64,000 bases of DNA from Candidatus Poribacteria bacterium. GTDB taxonomy: Bacteria; Poribacteria; WGA-4E; GCA-2687025. The stretch is from assembly GCA_016866785.1 (NCBI GenBank), contig VGLH01000003.1, forward strand, positions 4,795 to 68,794. The letters are read 5' to 3'. The notes beneath the pieces are model-generated. The model did not search any database. It worked only from the letters and a program-made list of their open reading frames with translations, and had not been told where the DNA came from. This document shows positions 37,752 through 47,783 of the stretch, in pieces. The position numbers were made by a program, and so were the translations under genes. Position 1 is the stretch's first letter; every line of letters begins with the position of its first letter.

Positions 37752-39467
37752 GTGGGACGCGCAGCCGGATACTCGCTGAGCTCGGCGCTCTCCGTTCTCT
37801 GGCTCCTCGGCGTTTCCCCTGTCCCAACGGACGCACGGTCCTTCCCGACGTTCGTCGACGCGACGGACGAGAGCGGCATCGATTTCCGCCATTTCGACGG
37901 CAGAACCGGGCGCAAGTACCTGCCGGAGACACTCGGTTCCGGCGCGGCGTTCTTCGACTACGACGGCGACGGGTGGCTCGACCTCTACGTCGTCAACGGA
38001 GCCGATCTGCCCGGCTCATCGACGTTCCCGCCTCCCACGAACCGCCTCTACCGCAACCTGGGCGACGGAACCTTCGCCGACGTGACCGCCTCCTCCGGCA
38101 CGGGCGACACGGGCTACGGCTTCGGCTGCGCCGTCGCGGACTACGATAACGACGGCGACCTCGACCTCTACGTGACCAACTTGGGGCGGAACGTCCTCTA
38201 TCGCAACAACGGCGACGGGACGTTCTCGGACGTCTCGTCCTTCGCCGGCGTTGCGGACGATCGGTGGAGCACGAGCGCCGCCTTTGGCGACTACGATGGC
38301 GACGGATGGCTCGACCTGTTCGTCGTCAACTACATGCGGTACGAGTTCCATGGCACGGCAGCGGCGATGATCGCCGGTCAGCCCACCTATCGCAGCCCGG
38401 TCGATCAGCTTCCCGGCAGCGAGTTCGTGCCGGAGTCCCCGGTTCTCTACCGCAACAACCACGACGGAACTTTCACGGACGTGACCGACACGGCGGGAGT
38501 GAACCGACCGGGCATCGGGCTCGCCGTCGCCGTGGGCGACTACGACAATGACGACGACCCGGACATCGCCGTCGCCAACGACATGGAGCGCGACACGCTC
38601 TATCGCAACAACGGAGATGGCACGTTCGCCGACATGACAATGACTGCCGGCACGGGGTACGACGAGAACGGCATCCCCGGTAGCGGCATGGGCGCATCGT
38701 TCGGCGACTACGACAACGACGGTGACCTCGATCTCCTGGTCAGCAATGCGTCGTCGATGCCCGCGATCTTGTACCGCAACGACGGTGACGGCATGTTCAC
38801 CGACGTGGGCTGGCAGTCCGGGGTCGCCGTCGCGACGCTGCCGTGGTTCAAGTGGTCTGCAGAGTGGTTCGACGCCGACCTGGACGGCTGGCTCGACATT
38901 CTCGTCGTGAACGGCCACCTGCAGGACAACATCGCGGAATTCACGGATCAGCAGTACGCGCAGCGCCTGACCTTGCTTCGGAACCGAGGGGATGGGACAT
39001 TCTCGGACGTCGCGCGCGAGGCGGGTCTGCTCGCGCTCCCGCCGACGGTCGGCAGAGGAGCCGCCCTCGGAGACTACGACAACGACGGCGACACGGACGT
39101 CTTCGTCGTCAACTCGAATGCGCCACCGACGTTGCTGCGGAACGACGGCTCCGATGCGTCCGAGTGGCTGATGGTCCGAGTTGTGGGCACGGCGGAACGA
39201 ACGGCAGATGGAGCGCGTGTGACGGTCACGGCGGGTGGCATCACGCAGACGCGAGAAGCCCGCGGCGTAGGGAGCTACCTATCGGCACGCGACGACCGAC
39301 TGCTCTTCGGTCTCGGTGACAACCGCGTGGCATCGGTCGCCATCCGGTTCCCCGATATCTCGACTGCCCAGGCGTCCGATGTTCCGTCGCGTCACCTGGT
39401 CGAGTTCGTTCGCGGAGCCGGCTCGCGCGTGACGGAGCTGCGGGCGGTTCGGCGCAAGACACGATAG
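37752..39467 (+). CDS. CRTAC1-family protein (FG-GAP/VCBS repeats plus C-terminal ASPIC/UnbV domain), secreted
   Basis: Repeated DYDGDGWLDLYVVN / DYDNDGDLDLYVTN FG-GAP-type repeats. C-terminal VRVVGTAERTADGARVTVTAGGITQTREARGVGSYLS matches the UnbV/ASPIC pattern. GTG start 2 nt after the polA stop. Confidence 0.8.
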   Translation: MGRAAGYSLSSALSVLWLLGVSPVPTDARSFPTFVDATDESGIDFRHFDGRTGRKYLPETLGSGAAFFDYDGDGWLDLYVVNGADLPGSSTFPPPTNRLYRNLGDGTFADVTASSGTGDTGYGFGCAVADYDNDGDLDLYVTNLGRNVLYRNNGDGTFSDVSSFAGVADDRWSTSAAFGDYDGDGWLDLFVVNYMRYEFHGTAAAMIAGQPTYRSPVDQLPGSEFVPESPVLYRNNHDGTFTDVTDTAGVNRPGIGLAVAVGDYDNDDDPDIAVANDMERDTLYRNNGDGTFADMTMTAGTGYDENGIPGSGMGASFGDYDNDGDLDLLVSNASSMPAILYRNDGDGMFTDVGWQSGVAVATLPWFKWSAEWFDADLDGWLDILVVNGHLQDNIAEFTDQQYAQRLTLLRNRGDGTFSDVAREAGLLALPPTVGRGAALGDYDNDGDTDVFVVNSNAPPTLLRNDGSDASEWLMVRVVGTAERTADGARVTVTAGGITQTREARGVGSYLSARDDRLLFGLGDNRVASVAIRFPDISTAQASDVPSRHLVEFVRGAGSRVTELRAVRRKTR

Positions 39468-39493
39468 CGTGGGGTACGTCGAGGAGGGTAGGC

Positions 39494-41167
39494 GTGCGAG
39501 CGTACGCCGTCGCGCTCTGGCATGGGGTCAAGCCTCGGCTTCGCGACCCCGACATCGTCCTGTTCATCCTGCTCCTGGCGATCCATCTAGTCCCCATCTG
39601 GGGGTTCCGCTACTTCCCCGCGCAGGACGGGCCTGCCCACCTGAACAACGCCAACGCGCTCTTCCACTACAACGACCCCGATGCGACCGTTTTCCGCGAG
39701 TACTACGTCATCAACCGCCAGCCCGACCCCAACTGGTTCGGGCACATCGTCCTCGGCGCATTGATGCTGCTCCTGCCGACGCTCGTCGCCGAGAAGGTGT
39801 TCTTGAGCGCCTACGTGTTCCTCCTGCCCTGGTCGGTCCGGTACGCAGCGCGGGCGGTCAACCTCGACAGCGGCTACGTCGCCGCGCTGGCGTTCCCTTT
39901 CATCTACAACTACCTGCTGCACATGGGGTTCTACAACTTCGCGTTCAGCCTGCCCGTGTTCTTCTTCGCGGCTGGGTACTGGTTCCGGTACGGCGACGCA
40001 CTGACGTTGCGCCGGACGGTGGCTCTGTCGTTTCTGGTGATGCTCCTCTACTTCTGCCACTTGGTCTCGGTCGTCGTGCTCGTCCTGCTGATCGGGACGC
40101 CTTCGATTGCATGGACGGCAGGAGACGCCGCACGCATCGCCCTGCGCCGCTTCCACGATTGGCGGGCGGCGCGTCCTGCCATCGTCTCGCGGACGCTGAC
40201 GACCGCCTACGCCCTGCTCCCGACAGCGATCCTGGCGGGAGTCTTCGTCGCCCGCGCAGGAACGACGCCGTCGCCGCCGGGCGGGGCGCTCTGGATACGT
40301 CTGCGGCGGCTCGAATCGCTGGTGTCCTATCAAGAGTCGGAGCTTGGGTGGACGGCAGCGTTCGTATGGGTGCTCGTCGGTCTGACGGCGCTGGCGCTCT
40401 ACCGGCTCGCGCGGGCGCATCGGCTGTCGCGGTGGGACTGGCTTGCCGTCGTCGTGGGTGCGTCCGTGTGGGTCTACTTCGTGGCGCCGGATGGCTTGTC
40501 GGGCGGCGGGTTCATCAGTCATCGGATGAACCTCTACCCGTTCCTGACGCTCCTGCTTTGGCTTGCGGTTCGTCGGGCAGGAGCCGTGACGAAGTGGATG
40601 ACGCGGATCGCCGCCAGTACAATCGCGCTCGGGCTCGTGACGCTCCACATCGGCAAGTACGCGGAGCTCAACGACTACCTCGCCGAATACACGTCCGGTC
40701 AGTCGCTGGTCGAGCGGAACTCGACGCTGCTGCCGCTCTGCTTCTCGCACCAGGGCGTCTCGCCGGATGGTCGTGTCCTGTCGGCGCGGATCGGGTTGTT
40801 CCTGCACGCAGCGGGGCATATCGCGGCAGAACGCGGGATCGTCGAGCTCGACAACTACGAAGCGAACACGGGCTACTTCCCGCTGACGTTCCGAGGCGAG
40901 GTGAACCCCTTCTGGCATATCGGTGTGGGTCCAGGGCTGGAGGCGCAGCCGCCGTGCGCCGACTTCGCCACGTACCCGACGAGAACGAAGGGGCACGTGG
41001 ACTACGTGCTCCTGTGGGGCATGCGAGAGGATCAACGGGAGCTCGACTGCACGCGCTCGATCCTCCAGCAGCTCGCCGACGGCTACGAGCTCATCTACAC
41101 GTCGCCTCAGCGCGGCATGATGCAGCTCTACCGCAGGAAACTCGCTCTGCCATCGCCGCCTTCGTGA
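39494..41167 (+). CDS. Large polytopic membrane protein (putative GT-C-type glycosyltransferase-like)
   Basis: GTG start with GAGGAGGG SD. At least 12 TM helices followed by a soluble C-terminal domain. No catalytic motif confidently identified. Confidence 0.55.
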   Translation: MRAYAVALWHGVKPRLRDPDIVLFILLLAIHLVPIWGFRYFPAQDGPAHLNNANALFHYNDPDATVFREYYVINRQPDPNWFGHIVLGALMLLLPTLVAEKVFLSAYVFLLPWSVRYAARAVNLDSGYVAALAFPFIYNYLLHMGFYNFAFSLPVFFFAAGYWFRYGDALTLRRTVALSFLVMLLYFCHLVSVVVLVLLIGTPSIAWTAGDAARIALRRFHDWRAARPAIVSRTLTTAYALLPTAILAGVFVARAGTTPSPPGGALWIRLRRLESLVSYQESELGWTAAFVWVLVGLTALALYRLARAHRLSRWDWLAVVVGASVWVYFVAPDGLSGGGFISHRMNLYPFLTLLLWLAVRRAGAVTKWMTRIAASTIALGLVTLHIGKYAELNDYLAEYTSGQSLVERNSTLLPLCFSHQGVSPDGRVLSARIGLFLHAAGHIAAERGIVELDNYEANTGYFPLTFRGEVNPFWHIGVGPGLEAQPPCADFATYPTRTKGHVDYVLLWGMREDQRELDCTRSILQQLADGYELIYTSPQRGMMQLYRRKLALPSPPS

Positions 41168-41231
41168 TCGTTGAGACCGACCCGCCGGATCGCATACAAT
41201 CCGGGCGCGCGCCAACGCCCGGAGGCTCCCC

Positions 41232-42446
41232 ATGAAGATCCTCGTCTCGAACGTCGGCAGCTCGTCCTACAAGTTCCAGCTTCTCGACATGGCAACGGAA
41301 CGCGTCCTCGCGCGCGGCGGCGTCGAGCGCATCGGAAACGCGCCGTCCGCGTACAAGTACTCGGGCGGGCCCGAAGTCCAGGGAACCATCGACGCTCCAA
41401 ACCATCTCGCGGCGATCCGCCACGCCGTCGATTACTTGCTCGACGCGTCTGAGGGCGACCCCATCCTGTCCAGCCTCGACGACGTGGACGGCGTCGGGTT
41501 CAAGACTGTCTTCGCCAAGGGCATCACGTCCTCGGCGTTGATCGACGAGTCGGTCATCGCAGCGATGGAAGCCCTCATCCCCGTCGTTCCCGTCCACAAC
41601 CCAGCCTACATCGCCTCGATCCGGGCGTTCCAAGAGCTCGCTCCGGGCAAGCCGCTCGGAGCCGTCTTCGAGACGTGGTTCCACGAGTCGATGCCCGACT
41701 ACGCGCGCGAGTTCGGCGTCCCGCGAGCCTGGGTGCGCGACTTCGGCATCCGCCGGTACGGGTTCCACGGGGCGTCCCATCGGTTCGTGTCGCAGCGCGT
41801 GCCGCAGATACTGGCGGAAAAGGGCGTCGCGTACGACGCCGCGAGTCTGCGTGTCATCTCGTGCCACCTCGGCGGGAGCTCGTCGCTCTGTGCCATCCGG
41901 GGCGGGAAGTCGGTCGACACGAGCATGGGATTCAGCGCCCAGAGCGGGGTGCTCCAGGGAACTCGTTGCGGCGACATGGACCCGTTCGTGCCGCTCTACG
42001 TGATGGATGTCGGCGGACTGACGCGCCAGGAGGTCGAGCGCGCGCTGATGAAGGACGCGGGTCTTGCCGGCGTCTCCGGGGTCGGCAGCGACATGCGCGA
42101 CATCATCAAAGCCGCCGACGAGGGGAACGCCGACGCCAAGCTCGCGCTGGACACCTACCACTACGGCGTCAAGAAGACCATCGGGGGCTACGCGGCGGCG
42201 CTCGGCGGCGTGGACGTTCTCGCCTTCACCGGCGGGATCGGAGAGAAGGGCTGGGAGAACCGCGAAGCGATCTGCGACGGTCTGGCGTTCCTGGGCATTG
42301 AACTCGACGCGGTCAAGAGCCGAGCCCTCCGGGGGGAAGGCAACATCGCCTCCGTCGACTCCCGCGTGCCGATCCTCGTCGTTCCCGCCAATGAAGAGCT
42401 GATCGTCGCCCGCGAGACCGCGCGGCTCATCGCGGCAGCAAGCTGA
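41232..42446 (+). CDS. ackA: Acetate/propionate kinase
   Basis: N-terminal ILVSNVGSSSYKFQLL and the full AckA fold pattern (HNPAYI, RYGFHGASH, ISCHLGGSSS). Confidence 0.9.
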   Translation: MKILVSNVGSSSYKFQLLDMATERVLARGGVERIGNAPSAYKYSGGPEVQGTIDAPNHLAAIRHAVDYLLDASEGDPILSSLDDVDGVGFKTVFAKGITSSALIDESVIAAMEALIPVVPVHNPAYIASIRAFQELAPGKPLGAVFETWFHESMPDYAREFGVPRAWVRDFGIRRYGFHGASHRFVSQRVPQILAEKGVAYDAASLRVISCHLGGSSSLCAIRGGKSVDTSMGFSAQSGVLQGTRCGDMDPFVPLYVMDVGGLTRQEVERALMKDAGLAGVSGVGSDMRDIIKAADEGNADAKLALDTYHYGVKKTIGGYAAALGGVDVLAFTGGIGEKGWENREAICDGLAFLGIELDAVKSRALRGEGNIASVDSRVPILVVPANEELIVARETARLIAAAS

Positions 42447-43300
42447 TGGGCACTGGCGGAGGGCTGGGCGAAGTCGTTCTCGGCAAGCGCATCGCCGAAG
42501 GCCGCATGGCGGAACTGTTTGCCCTTGACGAGAGCCGCGTCGTCAAGCTCTTCCGCCCCGACTGGGGCATGGACGAAGCGGAGTCCGAGGCGCGGCGCGC
42601 TCGGTTGGTGTGGGAATCAGGCGTCCCGACGCCGCAGCCGCTCGGCGTCGTCGAGGCGTGCGGCAGAGCCGGTATCGTCTTTGAGCGCGTCCACGGTCGC
42701 GAGATGGCGGCGGCGATCCGGCCCTGGAACGTACGACGACTCGCGCGCTCGTTTGCCGATCTCCACGTCGAGATGCACTCCCGGTCGGCTCCCAGCCTCC
42801 CGGATCAGCGACCCCTGCTTGAACGGAAGATACGGCACGCCGACGCGCTCCCCGACGCGTGGCGCGACGCCGCCCTCTGCTCCCTCGCCGCCCTCCCGAC
42901 CGGCGACGTGTTCTGCCACGGCGACTTCCACCCCAAGAACGTGATGATGACTCGCTCCGGAGCCACGATCATCGACTGCGATTGTGTCACGCAGGGGAAC
43001 GGGCTGGCGGATGCGGCGAGGTCGATCCTGATTCTGGAGCTCGCAGCGAGATATCGGCGACCCCCAGTCGTCGCCAGTGTCGTATCGCGGACGATCCGGC
43101 GGTTCATCCGAGAGTACCGGAGCCGCTACATGGAAACCACCGGCGTGGGAGCGCAAGACGTAGGGGCTTGGCGGCTCGTCGTTGCGGCAGGGAGACTCAG
43201 CGAGCGCATCGAGGTCGAGCGCGGCATCCTGCTGGGAATGGTTCGCAAGGCGGTCGAGGCTAGCTCGGTTGGAGTCGGAGATGGCTCCGCAGCGGGATGA
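42446..43300 (+). CDS. Aminoglycoside-phosphotransferase (APH)/protein-kinase-like fold protein
   Basis: Brenner motif HGDFHPKNVM and a downstream IIDCD block. Start overlaps the ackA stop by 1 nt. Confidence 0.65.
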   Translation: MGTGGGLGEVVLGKRIAEGRMAELFALDESRVVKLFRPDWGMDEAESEARRARLVWESGVPTPQPLGVVEACGRAGIVFERVHGREMAAAIRPWNVRRLARSFADLHVEMHSRSAPSLPDQRPLLERKIRHADALPDAWRDAALCSLAALPTGDVFCHGDFHPKNVMMTRSGATIIDCDCVTQGNGLADAARSILILELAARYRRPPVVASVVSRTIRRFIREYRSRYMETTGVGAQDVGAWRLVVAAGRLSERIEVERGILLGMVRKAVEASSVGVGDGSAAG

Positions 43301-44117
43301 GGGCGGCGATCAGCCCGACGGCGGTGGCTCCGCCGGTGATTGTGAGAATCTGCTCCGCCGACAGGAACTCGACCAAGCCGACGCCCGGTCCGAACCGGCG
43401 GAACAGCAGGTAGAAAAGCCCCATGCCGATCTCGCTGCCGATCAGCCCCTCGAAGCATCCCTGAAGCACCAGGGGCGCGCGGATGAAGCCGATGGTCGCG
43501 CCGACGAGCTGCAAGATCGCCAGCTCATCGCGCCTCGCGTAGATCGTCAGCATGATCGAGAACGAGATGACCACCACCGAGATGAGCGCGACGAGCACGC
43601 CGAGAAGGAACACGACGCCCTTCACCTGCTGCATGATGGCGATGTCGCGTTGTTCGTAGAGAACGCTCTCTACGCCGGGCAGCGTCTTCAAGTGTGTTTC
43701 GAGGGCGTCCAGCGTCTGCGTTCTCCGGGACTGCGGCAGCGGGTAGATTTCGACGGATCGTGGCAGCGGGTTGTCCCGCTCGAAGCCTTCGAGCAGCAGA
43801 TCGCTCTGCTCACCGAAGATGTCGCGGCTGCGCGCAAGCGCCTGATCCTTCGACACGATGACGATCCGCGCGACGCCCGGCAGCGATTCCAGCGCGGTTC
43901 CCAACGCTTGCACATCGCTGTCCGGCACCGTGTCCTCGATGAACGCGACCATCGCCGGATTGTCTTCGAACCGCGCCACTTCGCCCCGCACGACGTTCTG
44001 GATGAGGCTCAGCGCCCCGAAGAGCACCGTCGTCAACGCGACGATGAACACTGCGAGCACGCCGACCGCGCCGCTGTGCCGGATGTTCAGGAGCGATTCG
44101 CCGAAGAGATACCTCAT
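43260..44117 (-). CDS. ftsX: Cell division ABC transporter permease FtsX
   Basis: Four TM FtsX topology with a periplasmic loop. Overlaps the ftsE stop (ATGA). Confidence 0.8.
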   Translation of the reverse strand: MRYLFGESLLNIRHSGAVGVLAVFIVALTTVLFGALSLIQNVVRGEVARFEDNPAMVAFIEDTVPDSDVQALGTALESLPGVARIVIVSKDQALARSRDIFGEQSDLLLEGFERDNPLPRSVEIYPLPQSRRTQTLDALETHLKTLPGVESVLYEQRDIAIMQQVKGVVFLLGVLVALISVVVISFSIMLTIYARRDELAILQLVGATIGFIRAPLVLQGCFEGLIGSEIGMGLFYLLFRRFGPGVGLVEFLSAEQILTITGGATAVGLIAALIPLRSHLRLQPS

Positions 44118-44791
44118 GCCAAGCCCTCGCGGAGCGTGCCGCGGTCGATGCGGATGACGCGCTTGCCCCGTTCGACGGCGCTCGACAGGTCATGCGTCGC
44201 GATGAGAACGGTCGTACCGCGCAGGTTGAAGCCCTCGAACAGGTCGTAGATGTCTGACGCGAGCCGATGGTCCAGGTTCCCGGTCGGCTCGTCCGCCAAC
44301 AAGATGGCGGGGTTCCCCACCATGGCGCGAGCAATGGCGACTCGCTGCTGCTCGCCGCCGGAGATCTCCTCCGGTATGCCGTCGCGCCGGTGCGTCAGGC
44401 TGACCCGCGTCAGCATGCGATCAACGGCTTCCCGTATCTCGCGGCGCGGCTTCCGGGCGACGCGCAACGCCAGGGACACGTTTTGGTGAACCGTTCGATG
44501 CGGCAGGAGCTTGAAGTCCTGGAACACGACCCCGACGCGCCGACGGAAGTGCGCCAACTGACGGGGGCGGAGCGAATCAATGTCCTGCCCGCCGATGACG
44601 ACGCGCCCCTTCGTGGGCAGCAGGTCGCGGAACAGGAGCCGAAGCAGCGTCGTCTTGCCCGCGCCGCTCGCGCCGACGATGAAGACGAACTCTCCGGGCA
44701 GGATGTCGCACGACACGTCGTTCAGGACGGGCTCATGCCGTCCGTAGCGCATCGTGACGTGCTCGATCTGGATGATGGGCTGAGCGCTCAT
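44114..44791 (-). CDS. ftsE: Cell division ATP-binding protein FtsE
   Basis: Walker A GASGAGKTT, signature ISGGEQQRVAIARAM, Walker B ILLADEPTGNLD. Confidence 0.9.
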   Translation of the reverse strand: MSAQPIIQIEHVTMRYGRHEPVLNDVSCDILPGEFVFIVGASGAGKTTLLRLLFRDLLPTKGRVVIGGQDIDSLRPRQLAHFRRRVGVVFQDFKLLPHRTVHQNVSLALRVARKPRREIREAVDRMLTRVSLTHRRDGIPEEISGGEQQRVAIARAMVGNPAILLADEPTGNLDHRLASDIYDLFEGFNLRGTTVLIATHDLSSAVERGKRVIRIDRGTLREGLA

Positions 44792-44922
44792 GCAGAATCC
44801 ACTCCGGCGGACGGCGTGCAGACGCCGGGAGGGATACCCGCCGTCGTCGTGTACGAACGACGCGCGTGAGCTCGGTGTTTCCGGTTTGTGCTGTCAGGCG
44901 AACCGCCCGACGGTCAGGACGC

Positions 44923-45135
44923 TCACCGGAAGGGCCCGCTTGGGCTGCAGCCCTTCGGCGAGAGCGAACACGTCGGTTTGGCAGCGCCGGCAGAAGCGGC
45001 GAACGTGGAGTACAGCCGCTTCGGGTGAGCCGTCTGGCACTCGGGGCACTCGATCGTGCGGTCGTCATCCGAGACACGGCGTAGCAGTGAGAAATGCTTC
45101 CCGCACGACGCGCATTCGTACTCATAGATTGGCAT
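44923..45135 (-). CDS. FmdB-family zinc-ribbon protein (putative regulatory)
   Basis: MPIYEYECASCG...CPECQ. Two CxxC pairs, typical of the FmdB family. Confidence 0.7.
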   Translation of the reverse strand: MPIYEYECASCGKHFSLLRRVSDDDRTIECPECQTAHPKRLYSTFAASAGAAKPTCSLSPKGCSPSGPFR

Positions 45136-45281
45136 AGGGATGCCCTTTCAAATGCTGATCACCAGATTACATGATAGCGCACGCAAGGACAGACGGACAG
45201 AGCCGCGATCACACCGGCTCCCTGCGGGCGAAGCGTCTCCACGGCGGTTAGCGCGACAGCGGGCCCGAGCGCTGACGGCAA

Positions 45282-46607
45282 CTAGAACGTCGGCGCCGGA
45301 CGGATCCTCGTCGTATACGCCGACTCACCCTCGCCAGGCACCAGCTTCGGAACGGACGTCAGGTAGTACGAGCCGGCGTCGTCGCCGTACTCCACCTCGA
45401 CGAACGCCGCGATGGAACACCCCGCCGGCGCGTCGCCCTCGGCACGCCACAAGCCGTCGTCTCCCAACGCAAGAGGGACGCGCCGGAACGTCCACGAACC
45501 GTCCGTGCTATAGATTCCCTGCGCCGCTCTGACCCGAGCATTCCGGTCGATGCGAACCTCGAAGCGGACGCGTTCGTCTGATGACGATTCGCGCAGCGCG
45601 CCTTCGATCACCGGAGTCGCTGGAAGATCGTCCCGCCCGTGGAGCACCGCATGGACGCCACGAGCCAGGTTCGCCCCGACGCGCACCCAGATCGCCTTGC
45701 CGTTGTCATACGTCTCATAGATGCCCGACGCTTGCCCGAAGTACCCATGATCGCCGTCGTAGATGACGCCGAACCGCACGCGCGGCGCGGACGCGAACGG
45801 GACGTTAGACCCGATGGGGAAGAACTCGTCTTGCGCTCCGTTGACGATCCAGACCATCCCGTGGAGCCGGTCCACGAAGTGCGCCGGATCGTACTGCGCG
45901 ACGAACCGCTTCCACGCGACGGACTCGGGCGTACGCCCGGTCGGGCGAATGACCAGCGACTCCAGCCAGTTGTCCTGCGTGCTGACCGTCCGGTCGTAGT
46001 CGCCGGTCGCGGCGACGGGCATTGCCAGCGCGATGCGGTCATCCGCCGCGCTCGTCAGGAGGGAGCACAGTCCGCCCCGCGATGTGCCAGTGACCCCAAT
46101 CGACCCGGTGTCCACCATGTCCAGCGTCGTCAGATAGGTCACCGCCCGAATCGCCGACATGACGAAGTGGTACATCCAACTGTTGCGGATGTCCTTGTCA
46201 GGCTCCAGATCGAGCCAGTTCTCGTAGATGTCCTTCGGACCCGTCGATTCGCCTTCGCCAACGCGGTCGATGGCGAGCGCGACGATGCCGCCCGAAGCCG
46301 CCAGGTTCCGCGCGTCCGTCGGGGACGCCGTGACCATGACCATCGCGGGCAGCGGGGTGGTGCGCGCCGCCACCGGAGCCGCCAGGTGCCCGGCGATGCG
46401 GATCGCCGTCCCGTTCCACTCGTGAGACAAGAACGACAGCTCACGGACGATGAGATCGACGTCGTTGTGACGCTCCACGGATTCGGACGCCACCTCGACC
46501 TCCAGCGGCGCGGACTTCGCCCAATCCACGTCCCAGACGATGTCCGGCGCGGAAATCGCAGCGGGCGCTAGGCACGTCATCCCCAGAACGATCGCGGCGG
46601 CGCGCAT
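45282..46607 (-). CDS. Secreted alpha/beta-hydrolase (esterase/acetyl-xylan-esterase/dienelactone-hydrolase-like)
   Basis: SD GGAGGA. Signal peptide MRAAAIVLGMTCLAPAAISAP. GxSxG nucleophile elbow GTSRGG. Upstream ORF extension is rejected. Confidence 0.65.
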   Translation of the reverse strand: MRAAAIVLGMTCLAPAAISAPDIVWDVDWAKSAPLEVEVASESVERHNDVDLIVRELSFLSHEWNGTAIRIAGHLAAPVAARTTPLPAMVMVTASPTDARNLAASGGIVALAIDRVGEGESTGPKDIYENWLDLEPDKDIRNSWMYHFVMSAIRAVTYLTTLDMVDTGSIGVTGTSRGGLCSLLTSAADDRIALAMPVAATGDYDRTVSTQDNWLESLVIRPTGRTPESVAWKRFVAQYDPAHFVDRLHGMVWIVNGAQDEFFPIGSNVPFASAPRVRFGVIYDGDHGYFGQASGIYETYDNGKAIWVRVGANLARGVHAVLHGRDDLPATPVIEGALRESSSDERVRFEVRIDRNARVRAAQGIYSTDGSWTFRRVPLALGDDGLWRAEGDAPAGCSIAAFVEVEYGDDAGSYYLTSVPKLVPGEGESAYTTRIRPAPTF

Positions 46608-46800
46608 GTCGGTTCCTCCATTGCGGCGGTTCGACTTCCCCGTGCTCCACACATTAGCCGATCCTGGCGCCAGGCACATTCCTTGAATGCTGTCCGATGG
46701 ACGGCGGGTCGAAGGATCGCGCGGGAACGCGCCGTCGCCTCGTTCTCGGTGTTCGCCGCATTCGGAACGTGTTCCCGATCTGTGCACAGGTGTTCGGATC

Positions 46801-47727
46801 ATGGTCAACGACAGCGCTGCGGCTGAGGTTCTACAGGCACTGGCATCCGGCTATCATACGGTCGATGCGCACGCGCCGGACCGTGCGCCGAACTGGGAGA
46901 GCCTCGTGCGTCGACGCTCGCGCCGCATGGCAATCGCGGCAGTCCTCTCCGCGTGCCTCCACCTGCTGGGAGCCCTCGCGCTGAGCGTCGTGATCATCGT
47001 CCAGAAGTCTGAGCTCATCACGGCGATCACAGCGGACGTCCTGCCATCCACGCCTCCCAAGGTCGTCAAGCGGATGATGACCCATCGCCGGACGCCGCCG
47101 CCCCTCGTCGCACAGACGTCATCCATCGCGACGCCGGATCCGACGCCCGGTCGGCAGCCGATCTTCAACACTCGATCCGTCTTCACCGCCGTCACGGCGT
47201 CGGTCGATACGCCGACGGCGCTGGTCCGCGCGCAGGGCGCTCCTGACGTGTCGCCGATGCGACCTCCCGCCCGCGTTCCGACGAGTCCGGTCGCGACCAT
47301 CGCCACGCAACCGCCGGCATGGGCTCCGCGCTCGGTTTCGGCAGCGCCCGCGAGGATCGACGAGGCGTTTCCGGGGCTTTCGTCCGTGGTGGCGGCGGTA
47401 ACGCCCGAATCGTCCGCGAACCGCATCGCGCCCCAGTATCTCGACGCGATCCGACGCCGCATCGAGAAGTTCCAGCGGTATCCACGGTTTGCGCGCGAAG
47501 CCGGGCTCGAGGGCACAACGAACGTCCTGTTCCTCGTCCGCCGCGACGGGACGGTGAGCAGCGTCGAGGTGCAAGGGTCCTCCGGCTCCAAGGTGCTGGA
47601 CGATGCCGCCGTTTCGGCGATCCGAGAGGCGTCGCCGTTCCCCGCGTTCCCCGCCGAGCAAACCGGGGACTCGCTGCGAATCCTGATTCCGGTCGTGTTC
47701 GAGCTGAAGGAACCTCGCGGGTCCTGA
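46801..47727 (+). CDS. tonB: TonB-family energy transducer
   Basis: N-terminal TM anchor, Pro-rich spacer, C-terminal TonB domain (YPRFAREAGLEGTTNVLFLVRRDGTV...IREASPFPAFP). Confidence 0.65.
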   Translation: MVNDSAAAEVLQALASGYHTVDAHAPDRAPNWESLVRRRSRRMAIAAVLSACLHLLGALALSVVIIVQKSELITAITADVLPSTPPKVVKRMMTHRRTPPPLVAQTSSIATPDPTPGRQPIFNTRSVFTAVTASVDTPTALVRAQGAPDVSPMRPPARVPTSPVATIATQPPAWAPRSVSAAPARIDEAFPGLSSVVAAVTPESSANRIAPQYLDAIRRRIEKFQRYPRFAREAGLEGTTNVLFLVRRDGTVSSVEVQGSSGSKVLDDAAVSAIREASPFPAFPAEQTGDSLRILIPVVFELKEPRGS

Positions 47728-47748
47728 CGCGAGGTCATTACTCCTGCA

Positions 47749-47782
47749 CATGAGGGAGAACCCAACACATGAGGGAGAACCC
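47749..47782 (+). repeat. 15-nt direct repeat CATGAGGGAGAACCC x2 (19-nt period), duplicating an SD-like GAGGGAG plus an ATG
   Basis: Exact copies at 47749-47763 and 47768-47782, immediately upstream of ATG 47784. Confidence 0.6.
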
Positions 47783-47783
47783 G

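Noticed and set aside
45282-46808. 508-aa version of the esterase ORF
   Set aside because: The first 67 residues have no coding character. An SD (GGAGGA) and a signal peptide begin at ATG 46607
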